From: Desulfuromonadales bacterium
GTDB lineage: Bacteria; Desulfobacterota; Desulfuromonadia; Desulfuromonadales; JAAXQG01
Direction of reading: 5' to 3'
Assembly: GCA_012974445.1 (NCBI GenBank)
Contig: JAAXQG010000299.1
Location: forward strand, 1-57,696
Length of the DNA: 57,696 nucleotides
In this document: positions 26,541 to 36,768 of the stretch, piece after piece
Layout: every line of letters starts with the position of its first letter
Position numbering within the stretch: position 1 is the stretch's first letter
Translations under genes and position numbers: made by a program
The notes under the pieces: model-generated
Database searches by the model: none
Seen by the model: the letters and a program-made list of their open reading frames with translations, nothing else
Told to the model about the DNA's origin: nothing

Positions 26541-27479
26541 TCAGATATGCATAAAATTTTCAATTGACGCCCGAATCTTAACAAACTCCCGGCAGGAATC
26601 AACCCAAATAATTTCCTTTTCCTTACGGAACCAGGTCATCTGCCGTTTTGCATACTGACGAGTACGTAGACGAACCAACTCGATAGTTTCTTCCAACGAC
26701 AGCTCCCCTCGCAGATGAAGAACAGTTTCACGGTAACCCAGGGTCTTGAGGGCCGAACTCTCAGGGCAGTACCCCTTTTCAAGCAAGGCAGCAACCTCTT
26801 CGATCATTCCCTGCTCAAACATCTGACGCGTGCGCCGGGCGATCATCTGCTCATGTTCCTGCTTGGGAGGCAGGACACCGATTTTCAAAACCTCGAAAGG
26901 CCGTTCGGAAAAACCATGGGACTGCTGCATCTCGGACATCGTCTGCCCACCAAGATAGTAGACCTCCAGGGCCCGAACGATGCGGACGGTATTATTGGGG
27001 TGAATGCTGGCGGCGCTTTGCGGGTCTATGTCGGCCAGAAGTCGATGAAGTGTCCCCGCCCCTTCCGTCGTTTCCTGAAGGTGAAGTCTCCGCCTGAGAT
27101 CCTCATCGGCAGAGGGAGCATCGAGGATCCCCTCGGTGAGCCCCTTGATATAGAGGCCGGTCCCCCCAACCACCAGAGGCAGCAGCCCCCGCTCTTGAAT
27201 GTCCTGCGCCAGGGGGCGGGCGAGACCTACAAAATCAGAGACCGAAAAGACCTGATCGGGTTCGATGAGATCAAGCAGATGGTGGGGAGCCTGTGCGCGT
27301 TGCGCGGGCGTCACCTTAGCGGTGCCCACGTCCATTGCCCTGTAGATCTGGCGGCTATCCGCCGAGATAATCTCCGCCGGCCATATCGAGGCGATTTCCA
27401 GCGACAACGCCGTTTTCCCTGAAGCCGTGGGGCCAAGAATGACCACCAGCCTGTTTTTCCCCTTCGATGGGCCGCTCAT
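26541..27479 (-). CDS. miaA: tRNA dimethylallyltransferase
   Basis: P-loop GPTASGKT, plus ADSRQIYRAMDVGTAK. Overlaps the mutL stop by 4 nt. Confidence 0.93.
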   Translation of the reverse strand: MSGPSKGKNRLVVILGPTASGKTALSLEIASIWPAEIISADSRQIYRAMDVGTAKVTPAQRAQAPHHLLDLIEPDQVFSVSDFVGLARPLAQDIQERGLLPLVVGGTGLYIKGLTEGILDAPSADEDLRRRLHLQETTEGAGTLHRLLADIDPQSAASIHPNNTVRIVRALEVYYLGGQTMSEMQQSHGFSERPFEVLKIGVLPPKQEHEQMIARRTRQMFEQGMIEEVAALLEKGYCPESSALKTLGYRETVLHLRGELSLEETIELVRLRTRQYAKRQMTWFRKEKEIIWVDSCREFVKIRASIENFMHI

Positions 27480-29347
27480 GTACGCTTGAACATCTTTTCG
27501 ATCTCACGACTGCTTAGCCGGACCTGAACCGGGCGACCATGAGGGCAGTGGGAATTAAAATCCACAGCATCCATTGCTCCCAGCAACGCTCTGATCTGAA
27601 CTTCGGAAAGAGGCTGCCTGGCCCGTACAACACCGTGACAGGCCATGAGCATCAGCGTGGATTCGATCGCCTCCTCCACAAGAAAGCTGGCCCCTTGAGT
27701 TGAAATATCGTCAATAAGGTCACGAACGAGACGCTCTACGTCCTCCTCAATATGAAGAGCCGGAACCGACTTGATGGCAAATGCGTTCCCGCCGAAGGGC
27801 TCGATCTCCAGTCCCAGCCTCAGCAACGAAGTGAGATGCCTACCCAACAGCTCCGCATCGGCCGGGGACATCTCGATAATTTGAGGGAAAAGAAGCGCCT
27901 GACTGGATAAGCAACCGGAGAAAAACTGCCCCTTAAGCTCCTCGAAGCGGATGCGCTCGTGGGCCGCATGCTGATCAATCAACAACAGATCCCCCTCATG
28001 CTGACAGAGGATATAGCTGTTGCTGTACTGACCCAACACCTGCAGGGAGGCGAAAAAACCCGGGGAAGCTTCTGCGGGAGGCAGCTCAACGCAGTCGACG
28101 GCAACAGGCTCCAGAGAAGCCACAGGCGCAGGCGAAAAGGAGTCAACCGAAGCGCCAGAAACGACAGAAGACGCCTTGGACTCCGAAGTGCCGATCCGGG
28201 GACGATAGCTGGCCAGCTGCTCCCCAACCCAGAGCCCTTCGGGGGAAGAAACAGGCATTGCGGGGGCATGCGGTGGCGTCGGAGGCGCAGACGAAAGATC
28301 TTCGTCCTGGCCAGTTTCACCGACAGCATCAGTAGCCGCTCTGGCGACCCAATCGGAGGGGCTCATGCGCCGGGCAATGGAGGATGCAATGAAGTCATGA
28401 ATGCGACTCTGCTCACGGAACCGAACCTCATGCTTGGTCGGGTGAACGTTCACATCCACCTGGGTGGGATCGAGGGAAATAAAAAGCACGGTTACCGGAT
28501 ATCGCCCCTTGGGCAGCAGGGTGCGATAGCCTTCGCGAATCGCGTGCTGAACAACCTTGTCGCGAATATAGCGACCATTTATAAAGGTATAGACGGCACT
28601 GCCGGTGGAGCGGCTGCAATCGGGGCGGGAGAGATAGCCGGCGATGGACAGGTTATCAGAACCCTGACTTTCGAGCTGAAGCAGCTCACGACTGGTGGCT
28701 CGCCCCAGCAGCGATGCGATGCGCTCTGCCAGATCCTTCGACGCCGGGGTATCAATTAACAGGCGATCGTTGTGGTAGAGCCGAAACTGCGTCTGTGGGC
28801 TGGAGAGCGCCAGTTTCAACACTACATCCTGTACATGAGCCAGCTCTGTCTCGTCTCTTCGGAGAAACTTTCGCCGCGCCGGTGTATTGAAAAAAAGACT
28901 GCGAATCTCGATGATGGTTCCCCGGGGCATACCGGTTTCAACGACTCGCTTGACCTGCCCCCCCTCGGCATAGAGCTCTACCCCCCCCTGGGCCTCAGAG
29001 GCACAGCTTTTCAGGGTCAGTCTGGAGACAGAAGCGATCGAGGGAAGTGCCTCCCCCCTGAAACCGAAGGAGCTCAGATGAAACAGATCGTCATCGGTAG
29101 AGATCTTACTGGTGGCATGACGTTCAAGACACATCAGCGCATCGTCCTGCACCATACCGCAGCCGTCATCACTGACCCGGAGCAGTCGCTTGCCCCCCCC
29201 TTCAATGTCAATGCGGATCGATCGAGCCCCGGCATCGAGGGAGTTCTCCACCAGCTCCTTGACCACCGACGAAGGACGTTCGACAACCTCCCCCGCCGCA
29301 ATCTTGTTGCAGAGCTGTTCAGGCAGAATTTTAATCACTGAGCTCAT
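27476..29347 (-). CDS. mutL: DNA mismatch repair protein MutL
   Basis: IKILPEQLCNKIAAGEVVERPSSVVKELVENSLDAG (GHKL ATPase). C-terminal endonuclease-type motifs DQHAAHERIRFE and CPHGRP. Start trimmed to ATG at 29347. Confidence 0.93.
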   Translation of the reverse strand: MSSVIKILPEQLCNKIAAGEVVERPSSVVKELVENSLDAGARSIRIDIEGGGKRLLRVSDDGCGMVQDDALMCLERHATSKISTDDDLFHLSSFGFRGEALPSIASVSRLTLKSCASEAQGGVELYAEGGQVKRVVETGMPRGTIIEIRSLFFNTPARRKFLRRDETELAHVQDVVLKLALSSPQTQFRLYHNDRLLIDTPASKDLAERIASLLGRATSRELLQLESQGSDNLSIAGYLSRPDCSRSTGSAVYTFINGRYIRDKVVQHAIREGYRTLLPKGRYPVTVLFISLDPTQVDVNVHPTKHEVRFREQSRIHDFIASSIARRMSPSDWVARAATDAVGETGQDEDLSSAPPTPPHAPAMPVSSPEGLWVGEQLASYRPRIGTSESKASSVVSGASVDSFSPAPVASLEPVAVDCVELPPAEASPGFFASLQVLGQYSNSYILCQHEGDLLLIDQHAAHERIRFEELKGQFFSGCLSSQALLFPQIIEMSPADAELLGRHLTSLLRLGLEIEPFGGNAFAIKSVPALHIEEDVERLVRDLIDDISTQGASFLVEEAIESTLMLMACHGVVRARQPLSEVQIRALLGAMDAVDFNSHCPHGRPVQVRLSSREIEKMFKRT

Positions 29348-29360
29348 GGAGATTTTCCGT

Positions 29361-29398
29361 AAAAAAACAAAGCCCCCCAACAGCCTGCAGAGGGGGGA
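29361..29398 (-). terminator. possible terminator between the TPR gene and mutL
   Basis: cccccc/gggggg stem (29373-29378 / 29392-29397), followed on the minus strand by cuuuguuuuuuu. It ends only about 14 nt before the mutL ATG. Confidence 0.45.
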
Positions 29399-29477
29399 CT
29401 AAAAAATTGAACCCCTGAGCTGTAACTGTCGCAAAGGCTTGAGATAAAAAAACATAAAATCAGAACCGATGGGAACG

Positions 29478-31391
29478 TCAGTCCTTGCACTCGGACAGTT
29501 TTTGCTGCAGATCCCGGAAAGAAGGGTCAAATTCCCTGACCTCATAAAAACAACTCCGTGCATGGGACCAGTCTTCACGCACAAGATATAGCAGACCCAG
29601 CTCGTAATTCATATTGGCCCGCTCGTCCCCAGTTGCCCTCTCGATACTCAACCCATGCTCGAAGACGCTGATAGCACCATCCGAATCGCCTTTTTCCTGC
29701 AGGCAGAGCCCCTGGAGAATCAGGCTGGCAATTTCGCGGAGAGGGTTTTTCATGGCGTGATCAAATTCGGTGATCGCCTCATCAAAGAGGCCCATTTCTT
29801 TGTAGGCTAGCCCCAAATTGTAATGGGATTCGGTATCATCAACCTCAATCTGCCCTTCTTCGACCCTTATACCGCTCTTGCCCTTGGGACGACTCCCCTT
29901 TTTCTGTATCGGTGCATCCGTTGCCGATACCTGGAGCCCTTCGAGATCGCTGTCCTGAATCAAATCACTAAAATCGAAGTCGATCAGGTCAGCTTCTTCA
30001 GGCTCCTGCGGAGCAGCACAAGGCTCATCTTCCACAACAGACTCTTGCTCAGGTTCGGCAGACAGCGCCTCGGTAAGGCCGAGTTCCTGGTCTTCATCGA
30101 GCTCTAGAACGAAGCCCAGGTCCAGGTCAAACTCCTCTTCCGGTCCATCGGTTTCAGAGACCTCCCTTGCAAGATCAATCTCGTGAAATGCTGTAGGCTC
30201 GCCCGTCTGCACCTTTGCTGCAGGATCAATACTCGACGACTCAGCGGCTTGCGAAGAATGAAGGGGCAAATCGATATCATTGAGCGCTTCGTTAAAAACA
30301 GAGGCTTCCAGCGTAGCATCGGGATCCACCTCGCTCGGACTCTCATCGCCCTGAGCCATAAGATCAAAGAGCTTTTCCCCTTCTCCGGTCAATTCATATA
30401 TGGACCCAAGAGTCAAACTAATCTGAGGTTCATCCGAGATGTTGTCACGCAACGTCTCGTAAAACCCTTTCAATTCGGCCAACCGGTCATGGGAGGCAAA
30501 AACTTCCTTCCAGGCTTCCAGCTCCGCAAGAGCCTGATGAAGATCCCCCTTAAGCATGAGTACCTCAACCAGAGCTGCGCGCTGATCGAGATTGCCGGGA
30601 TCAGCCTCAAGCAGGGTGCCTCGAAGAGCCAGCTCTTGCTCATACTGTCCGGCCAGACGATAAGCCCGACTCAGGAATGCATTGAGCAGTGAAGGATCTA
30701 TTCCTTTGGCCAGAAGCTGCTTGAGTTGAACAATGGCCTCGGCACTCTCGCCAAGATCCACCAGGGTCTGAGCATAACCGATTTGAAAAGCTTCCAATTC
30801 GGCATATTGGTCAGAAAAGAGACTGTAGAGTTTTTTTCGGGCAGCATGATTCTGCTTCTCACGAAGAGATTCAAGGAGCTCCTCAAGAGTCTCCCAGCCC
30901 TTCTCCTTGAGCCCCCCCTTGGCAAAGGTCTCGGCAATCTTGACCCGGACATTGATGTTCTGAGGGTCGAGCTCCTGCATGCGCTGCAGAATGTTAATCG
31001 CCTCGGGAACCATCCCCTGCTTTTCATAATGAGAAACGACACGACGGTATTCACCCATGGCGTTACCAACCAGACCCTGCTTTGCATGTAACTCTGCCAT
31101 CCGCAAGCAGAGCTCAAACTGAGTCGGATCAAGCTTTTGCATCTGCTTGTAAACGGCAATTGCCTTAAGGTAAAAACCGTTCTCGGCATAATATTTGGCA
31201 ATAAATGAGTATTCGACCAGAGAGTCGGCTGTGCGATGGCAGCGGCCCAGTAACTCGGCAAGTTTCTGACGGTTACGAATATCCTTAGGATCCAGCTCAA
31301 CGACTGCCTGAAAATCACTAATGGCTTTGGATAACTGCCCCTTGCGCAGATTTTTTTGAGCTGAAATGAGGAATTTATCTTTCTTGCTCAA
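29478..31391 (-). CDS. large TPR-repeat protein with an acidic central linker
   Basis: TPR repeats at both ends and a D/E-rich low-complexity middle section (EEFDLDLGFVLELDEDQELG...). Confidence 0.75.
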   Translation of the reverse strand: MSKKDKFLISAQKNLRKGQLSKAISDFQAVVELDPKDIRNRQKLAELLGRCHRTADSLVEYSFIAKYYAENGFYLKAIAVYKQMQKLDPTQFELCLRMAELHAKQGLVGNAMGEYRRVVSHYEKQGMVPEAINILQRMQELDPQNINVRVKIAETFAKGGLKEKGWETLEELLESLREKQNHAARKKLYSLFSDQYAELEAFQIGYAQTLVDLGESAEAIVQLKQLLAKGIDPSLLNAFLSRAYRLAGQYEQELALRGTLLEADPGNLDQRAALVEVLMLKGDLHQALAELEAWKEVFASHDRLAELKGFYETLRDNISDEPQISLTLGSIYELTGEGEKLFDLMAQGDESPSEVDPDATLEASVFNEALNDIDLPLHSSQAAESSSIDPAAKVQTGEPTAFHEIDLAREVSETDGPEEEFDLDLGFVLELDEDQELGLTEALSAEPEQESVVEDEPCAAPQEPEEADLIDFDFSDLIQDSDLEGLQVSATDAPIQKKGSRPKGKSGIRVEEGQIEVDDTESHYNLGLAYKEMGLFDEAITEFDHAMKNPLREIASLILQGLCLQEKGDSDGAISVFEHGLSIERATGDERANMNYELGLLYLVREDWSHARSCFYEVREFDPSFRDLQQKLSECKD

Positions 31392-31637
31392 GAGTTTCTC
31401 CCGGATCCAAGGTTGAATAGCATCGCAAAAGCATCAATAAAAATAGTCCAGCACAGCTGTAGCTGTCAAGCAGAGCAGGGCTTGATAATGTAAAAGTAAA
31501 AAAATATCAATATATGCCCTGAAAAACCCGCAGAAGCCTATTCTTACAATTTCCTATAAAAAATCAAGACCTGCAAGGTTAGCGATATAGATGAATCCCT
31601 CATTTCAAGGTGACAGCAGAGAGATCTGCAACCTTCG

Positions 31638-32351
31638 CTAGAGACTGAGCAAACGGTTGACTTCCTTCGGATCGAGATGACGGTATTTCCCCGTAGGGAC
31701 CCCCTCCAGGGTGAGGAATTCCAGGCTAATCCTCTTAAGGCGGCTGACGCTGTAACCCAGAGCCTCACACATTTTCCTGACCTGACGATTACGCCCTTCG
31801 GACAAGGTCAGTTCAAACCAGCAGTTTTGCCCTGAAAAGCGGATATTGTCCACCCGGGCCGGAGCCGTTACCCCCCCTTCGATCTTCACACCCTTTTCCA
31901 TCGCCACACGGTGCTGATCTTTAAGCTGACCGCGGATACGGACCAGATAAGTCTTTTTAAGCTGGTGGCTGGGATGGAGGATGTGTTGGGAAAACTCCCC
32001 ATCGTTGGTCAGCAGTAGAAGCCCTTCGGTATTGAGATCGAGTCGTCCCACGGGATACAGACGCTCCGGGATATCCCGCAGCAGGTCGGTCACCAAGTCC
32101 CGCCCTTCAGGGTCTTTCATGGTGCAGACGTAACCTACGGGCTTGTTCAGCAATACATAGAGCTTACGTGATGAGAACTTAAGCCGCTTGCCATCGACTT
32201 CGATGCGATCCTGGCAAATATCAGCCCGATCGCCCAGAGTCACCTCAACACCGTTGACCCTGACGCGGCCCTGTTCGATCCACTTCTCAGCTTCGCGGCG
32301 GGAGGCGAGTCCCGCTGCTGCGATAATTTTTTGCAGTCGTTCCTGAGCCAT
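31638..32351 (-). CDS. rluB: rRNA pseudouridine synthase (RsuA/RluB family)
   Basis: S4 domain RLQKIIAAAGLASRREAEKWIEQGRVRVNG; catalytic GRLDLNTEGLLLLTNDG. ATG at 32351 has GAGGA 5 nt upstream; the track start is a TTG. Confidence 0.85.
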   Translation of the reverse strand: MAQERLQKIIAAAGLASRREAEKWIEQGRVRVNGVEVTLGDRADICQDRIEVDGKRLKFSSRKLYVLLNKPVGYVCTMKDPEGRDLVTDLLRDIPERLYPVGRLDLNTEGLLLLTNDGEFSQHILHPSHQLKKTYLVRIRGQLKDQHRVAMEKGVKIEGGVTAPARVDNIRFSGQNCWFELTLSEGRNRQVRKMCEALGYSVSRLKRISLEFLTLEGVPTGKYRHLDPKEVNRLLSL

Positions 32352-32358
32352 TTTATCC

Positions 32359-33045
32359 TCAGTGTCCAAAAAGTAGGTTCATGGTCTGATAAACCACCTG
32401 TTCATACTGGCCGGCCAGAAGATGCACCAGCCCCAGAATGACCGGGGCAATCAGTACCTGATACAGGGGGGTGAAAAAAAGCAGAAATATAACCAGAATA
32501 AATCCGAAGGTATCCAGCTTGGCCAGCAGGGCGCCGTACCTTGCGGGAAGCAGTCCGGTAGCCACTCGCCCGCCATCGAGCGGTGGCAGGGGAATCAGAT
32601 TGAAGACCCCCAGCACCAGATTGATGTAGAGGCCGAAGCCGGCCATCAGGGTGAGAGGTTCGGCGATCTGAAAAAAGAGCATCTGCTCGGCCGGAACCAG
32701 AGAGCTGAGGAAAAAGGTTCCCCTCAGGATCAGAGCACAAAAAATGGCCAGGGCAAAATTGGTCAGCGGTCCGGCCAGAGCAACCAGAACCATATCCCTT
32801 TTGGGGTGGCTCAGATTGGCAAAATTAACCGGCACCGGCTTAGCCCACCCAAAGCCGAAGAACATCAGAGCCAGGGTACCGATGGGGTCCAGATGTCTGA
32901 GCGGGTTGACGTTCAGGCGTCCGAGCAGTCGCGCCGTGGGATCTCCGAAACGATCCGCAACATAACCATGCGCCACTTCATGCAGCGATACCGCAAATAG
33001 AGCGGGGACGAGCATGATGGAGAGTTTAAGAAAAATCTGTTCCAT
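32359..33045 (-). CDS. site-2 protease family (peptidase M50) membrane metalloprotease
   Basis: HEVAHG zinc motif and NLIPLPPLDGG. Start trimmed to ATG at 33045, because the track N-terminus overlaps the upstream gene. Confidence 0.8.
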   Translation of the reverse strand: MEQIFLKLSIMLVPALFAVSLHEVAHGYVADRFGDPTARLLGRLNVNPLRHLDPIGTLALMFFGFGWAKPVPVNFANLSHPKRDMVLVALAGPLTNFALAIFCALILRGTFFLSSLVPAEQMLFFQIAEPLTLMAGFGLYINLVLGVFNLIPLPPLDGGRVATGLLPARYGALLAKLDTFGFILVIFLLFFTPLYQVLIAPVILGLVHLLAGQYEQVVYQTMNLLFGH

Positions 33046-33112
33046 AAGAGTGGGATCTAAAATCCTGGGAAAAGATAGAAGGAAGCCTCGACAAAGGCAA
33101 TGCGTTTGAATA

Positions 33113-35752
33113 TCACAAATAATGGCTGCGGACAAACTCCATCTCGTCCTCCAGGCTTTGAAGGACTCCGTCCAGATGAGCGTCTTTGAGCCGCTCGAAG
33201 ATCTCTGTGTACAAGGGTCCTGGAAGCAGGTTGAGTTTCTTAAGATCCTCTCCCGTGAGCAGGACCCGAACGTGACGGGATCGAACAAAGTAGTTGGACA
33301 TGAGACGACGAAGCCTTGATGAGCGCAGTCGGGCCATCAGATAAAGCAGAGCGTCTAGTTCCAGATGCTCCAGACGCCGGTAAAGATCCCTTGCACCAGG
33401 GCCCCCTGCGGGCTCCAGATCTTCAAGCCATCGCAACACCAGGTGAACAACGGCGCGATCCTCCAGCATCAGCGACCGCAGGCGCCCCTGGATATCCAGC
33501 CGGGCGCAGGCCCCCGCCATGGCATCCTGATCCAGTGCCCAGGTAAGACAAAGAAAGAGGATGTTCGATGCTCTGAAACGTTCCCCCGAATAGAGCAACT
33601 CGAACCAGTTCATGGTCTTGTGAGCCCGCTGAAAAAGACTGGCCGTTACCTCGGAGAGCAAAAGCGAGGGGTGCACCGCTCGAAGCAGGCCGAACTCCTC
33701 CAGCCGCAGCATGGAGGCGTAAGGCGAAGACTCGCAAAAAATGTGACCAAGCTCGTTGAAAACCCGGGCCCCTGCGATCCGGTCGAGCACCCCCATGCGC
33801 ACGGCGCTGTGCATGAGCTGCTCGCTGTGTCGCCCGACCTTAAATGCCAGCCTCTTCTCGAATCGCACGGCTCGAAACATGCGGGTCGGATCCTCAACGA
33901 AACTGAGGTTGTGGAGGATTCGTATGGCGCGGTCCTTCAGATCCCTCTGGCCGTTAAAAAAGTCGATAAGCTCACCGCAATGCTCCCCATTCAGGGCGAT
34001 GGCCAGAGTATTGATGCTGAAATCGCGCCGGTAAAGATCGAGCTTGATCGGGGCGCTCTCCACCGTAGGCAGAGCGCCCGGCGCGAGATAATACTCCATG
34101 CGGGCCGAGACCACATCCACCTTGAAACCATCTTCGTGGATCAATACCGCGGTACCGAACTTTCTGTGATACCGCACCCGGCACCCCCGCCTTCGGGCAT
34201 ATTCGTGGGCAAAGGCGATGCCGTCACCCTCCACCACGATGTCGACGTCCAGGTTTTTCTTATGTAGAAGCAGGTCCCGGACAAACCCCCCGACGGCGTA
34301 GAGTTGCAGCCCCATATCGTCGCCGATGGTGCCGATTTCCTCCAACAGCAACAGCAACCAGGGGGGAAGTTGCTCCCGCAACAGCGCTCCTACATTCTTG
34401 CGCTGCGCCCCGAAGGGACCCAGGCCGAAGGAAGGGGGCACTCCGTTCCAGTGCCCCGTCTTGGCGCTGGAAAGCAGGTAGCGAAGCAGATCAGTACGGG
34501 TGACCACACCGACCAGATCGCCAGCCTCGATCACCGGCAGCAGGCGCTGATTGAACTGACGGGTTAGCTCCTGAAGTTCCTCGACCGGGGTCTCGGGCGT
34601 GACGGTGACGAAGTCCCGAACCATGTAGGTGGACAGGGGCTCCTGCCCCAGACCATGGTGCAGCGCCCGCTCGGCCCCCTGCCGGGAGATGAGTCCGACC
34701 AGCACCTTGCCATCGAGCACCGGAGCGGCATTGATATTGTAGCGCGTCAGAAAGGAACGAAGATCCTGCAGGGGGGTCTGGGGGGCCAGACTGCGAACCG
34801 ACCTGGACATGAGATCGCGAGCGAGCCACCGGGGCTTGACGTGCTTCTGAAGCAATGCCGGGATGCGCTCCAGCACCTGGACCAGGGTGATATCCCGCAC
34901 CGTGGCCGAGGCGGCAAAGGCGTGCCCTCCCCCGCCGAATTCCTCGAGGATGTGTCCCACATGAACCTCGGGAACCCTGGAGCGGCCAACCATGAAGATG
35001 CGCTCCTCCATGCACACGGCCACGAGAAGGGCGTTGAGGTTCTCGATGTCCTTCAGCTTGTGAACCAGGGAGGCAAGATCGCCGACAAAATGATCGATAG
35101 TCGCGTGGGCAATGGCAACGCCGACCCCGCCCACATCCAGAATCCGATGATTCTCGATGAGCTCGTGAAGCAGTGCTACCTGCTGGGGGCTGAGTTCCTG
35201 AGTCAAATAATCGGCGACCTGGTTGAGATCAGCACCACAGGACAGAAGATAGGCCGCAGCTTCATAATCGGCCTCGGTGGTGGAGCTAAAAAGCAGGCTA
35301 CCCGTATCCTCGTAGAGCCCGAGCATCATCACCGTGGCCTCGGAGGCGTTGGGAGCTATCTGCCGAGTTTTGAGTTCCTGAGTGACAACGGTCACCGTTG
35401 AGCCAACGCAGGCGACAATCTCCTGATGTCCCTTGAGGTCGGCGAGATCGGAAGGATGGTGGTCATAGAGATGGAGGCTGACTCCAGGGCGGGCAATGAG
35501 CTCAGCTAAGGCCCCGATGCGACTGGACTGACGCACATCGACCAGGATCACCCGGCTGATCTCATCGAGGTTCAGATCCTTGAGGCGATGAAACCGCAGG
35601 TCCTGCCCTCCCCCCTTACGGAAAAACTCCCGCACACCGCGCTCCTGCCCTGCCGGAAACACCATGACGGCATGGGGATAAAGCAGCCGGGCTCCGACCA
35701 TGGAGCCGAGGCAATCAAAGTCGGCGTTTTCATGGCAGCTGATCAGGTCCAT
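33113..35752 (-). CDS. multidomain DHH/DHHA1 phosphoesterase - CBS pair - CCA-adding enzyme / poly(A) polymerase-family nucleotidyltransferase
   Basis: N-terminal DHH fold (HENADFDCLGS...DHH at YDHHP...GGGH). Two CBS-like segments in the middle. C-terminal LYAVGGFVRDLLL...DVDIVVEG...RDFSINTLA is the nucleotidyltransferase head. Confidence 0.8.
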   Translation of the reverse strand: MDLISCHENADFDCLGSMVGARLLYPHAVMVFPAGQERGVREFFRKGGGQDLRFHRLKDLNLDEISRVILVDVRQSSRIGALAELIARPGVSLHLYDHHPSDLADLKGHQEIVACVGSTVTVVTQELKTRQIAPNASEATVMMLGLYEDTGSLLFSSTTEADYEAAAYLLSCGADLNQVADYLTQELSPQQVALLHELIENHRILDVGGVGVAIAHATIDHFVGDLASLVHKLKDIENLNALLVAVCMEERIFMVGRSRVPEVHVGHILEEFGGGGHAFAASATVRDITLVQVLERIPALLQKHVKPRWLARDLMSRSVRSLAPQTPLQDLRSFLTRYNINAAPVLDGKVLVGLISRQGAERALHHGLGQEPLSTYMVRDFVTVTPETPVEELQELTRQFNQRLLPVIEAGDLVGVVTRTDLLRYLLSSAKTGHWNGVPPSFGLGPFGAQRKNVGALLREQLPPWLLLLLEEIGTIGDDMGLQLYAVGGFVRDLLLHKKNLDVDIVVEGDGIAFAHEYARRRGCRVRYHRKFGTAVLIHEDGFKVDVVSARMEYYLAPGALPTVESAPIKLDLYRRDFSINTLAIALNGEHCGELIDFFNGQRDLKDRAIRILHNLSFVEDPTRMFRAVRFEKRLAFKVGRHSEQLMHSAVRMGVLDRIAGARVFNELGHIFCESSPYASMLRLEEFGLLRAVHPSLLLSEVTASLFQRAHKTMNWFELLYSGERFRASNILFLCLTWALDQDAMAGACARLDIQGRLRSLMLEDRAVVHLVLRWLEDLEPAGGPGARDLYRRLEHLELDALLYLMARLRSSRLRRLMSNYFVRSRHVRVLLTGEDLKKLNLLPGPLYTEIFERLKDAHLDGVLQSLEDEMEFVRSHYL

Positions 35753-35791
35753 AGATACCTCGCTAAGAGATGACGAGGGGATGTATCCGGT

Positions 35792-35816
35792 GCGCAGGGG
35801 GAAGCGCCCCCTGCGC
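35792..35816. repeat. perfect 10-bp GC hairpin between pyrD and the CCA-enzyme gene
   Basis: gcgcaggggg (35792-35801), loop aagcg, ccccctgcgc (35807-35816). There is no U-tract on the transcribed (minus) strand. Confidence 0.6.
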
Positions 35817-35830
35817 CGATTAATTTTTTC

Positions 35831-36766
35831 TCAGATGCGCAGGCTGCCGATGAGCTCGCGAATATCGTCGATCCCCTCGGCGCGGCAGAAGGACTCCAGT
35901 CCTTCGATAATCTCGATCATGGCGCAGGGATCAATAAAATTGGCGGTGCCAACCTGAACCGCCGTGGCCCCTGCAATCAGAAACTCGACGACATCCTCAG
36001 CTGTCATGATACCACCAACACCGATGACCGGAATATTTACGGCACTCGAGGCCTGATAGACCATACGCACCGCTACAGGACGGATCGCCGGTCCGGAGAG
36101 CCCCCCGGTCACGTTGGCCAGTCTGGGTTTGCGGCTGCGTATATCGATGGCCATTCCCGTCAGGGTATTGATGCAGCACAGGGCATCGGCCCCGGCCTCC
36201 TCCACCGCTCGGGCCATCAGGGCAATGTCCGTCACGTTGGGGGTGAGTTTGACGATCAACGGTTTGCTGAGCTTACTTCGAACCAAGGAGACGACTTCGG
36301 CCGCAGCTTTGGGATCGGTGCCGAAAACAATCCCCCCCTTTTTAACATTGGGACAGGAGATGTTGAGCTCGCAAGCGGCAATTTCCGGGATATCCGAGAG
36401 CCGGGCGGCAACCTCACCATACTCTTCAAGGCTGTTTCCGAAGAAATTAGCAATCACAGGGGTCGAAAGGGAACCGAGCAGTGGCAGTTTCTCGGCAACA
36501 AAGGCATCCACACCGACATTCTGAAGACCAATGGCATTGAGCATTCCCCCTTCGGTCTCTGCGATGCGAGGGGTCGGGTTACCGGCTTTGGGCTTCAGGG
36601 AAAGCCCCTTGGTGACGATGGCTCCGAGTCGGTTGAGGTCGAAGAAGGGGGCGTACTCTGCTCCGTACCCGAAGGTACCCGAGGCGGGCATGACGGGATT
36701 TTTCAGTCGGAGCCCGGCAACCTCGACACCGAGGTTGGGGGAGGTTTCATTATTTTTCGCACTCAT
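35831..36766 (-). CDS. pyrD: dihydroorotate dehydrogenase B, catalytic subunit
   Basis: [13 protein letters not shown]...NISCPNVK...GGI motifs. The ATG at 36766 lies 2 nt after the pyrK stop. Confidence 0.92.
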   Translation of the reverse strand: MSAKNNETSPNLGVEVAGLRLKNPVMPASGTFGYGAEYAPFFDLNRLGAIVTKGLSLKPKAGNPTPRIAETEGGMLNAIGLQNVGVDAFVAEKLPLLGSLSTPVIANFFGNSLEEYGEVAARLSDIPEIAACELNISCPNVKKGGIVFGTDPKAAAEVVSLVRSKLSKPLIVKLTPNVTDIALMARAVEEAGADALCCINTLTGMAIDIRSRKPRLANVTGGLSGPAIRPVAVRMVYQASSAVNIPVIGVGGIMTAEDVVEFLIAGATAVQVGTANFIDPCAMIEIIEGLESFCRAEGIDDIRELIGSLRI

Positions 36767-36768
36767 AG

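Noticed and set aside
32359-33288. Full 309-aa version of the M50 protease ORF, and similar N-terminal extensions (47581, 48743, 17614, 21917, 23970, 29380, 36790, 12033)
   Set aside because: The extensions start at GTG/TTG or lack an RBS, and they overlap upstream genes or terminators. They add non-homologous sequence ahead of obvious native N-termini or signal peptides.
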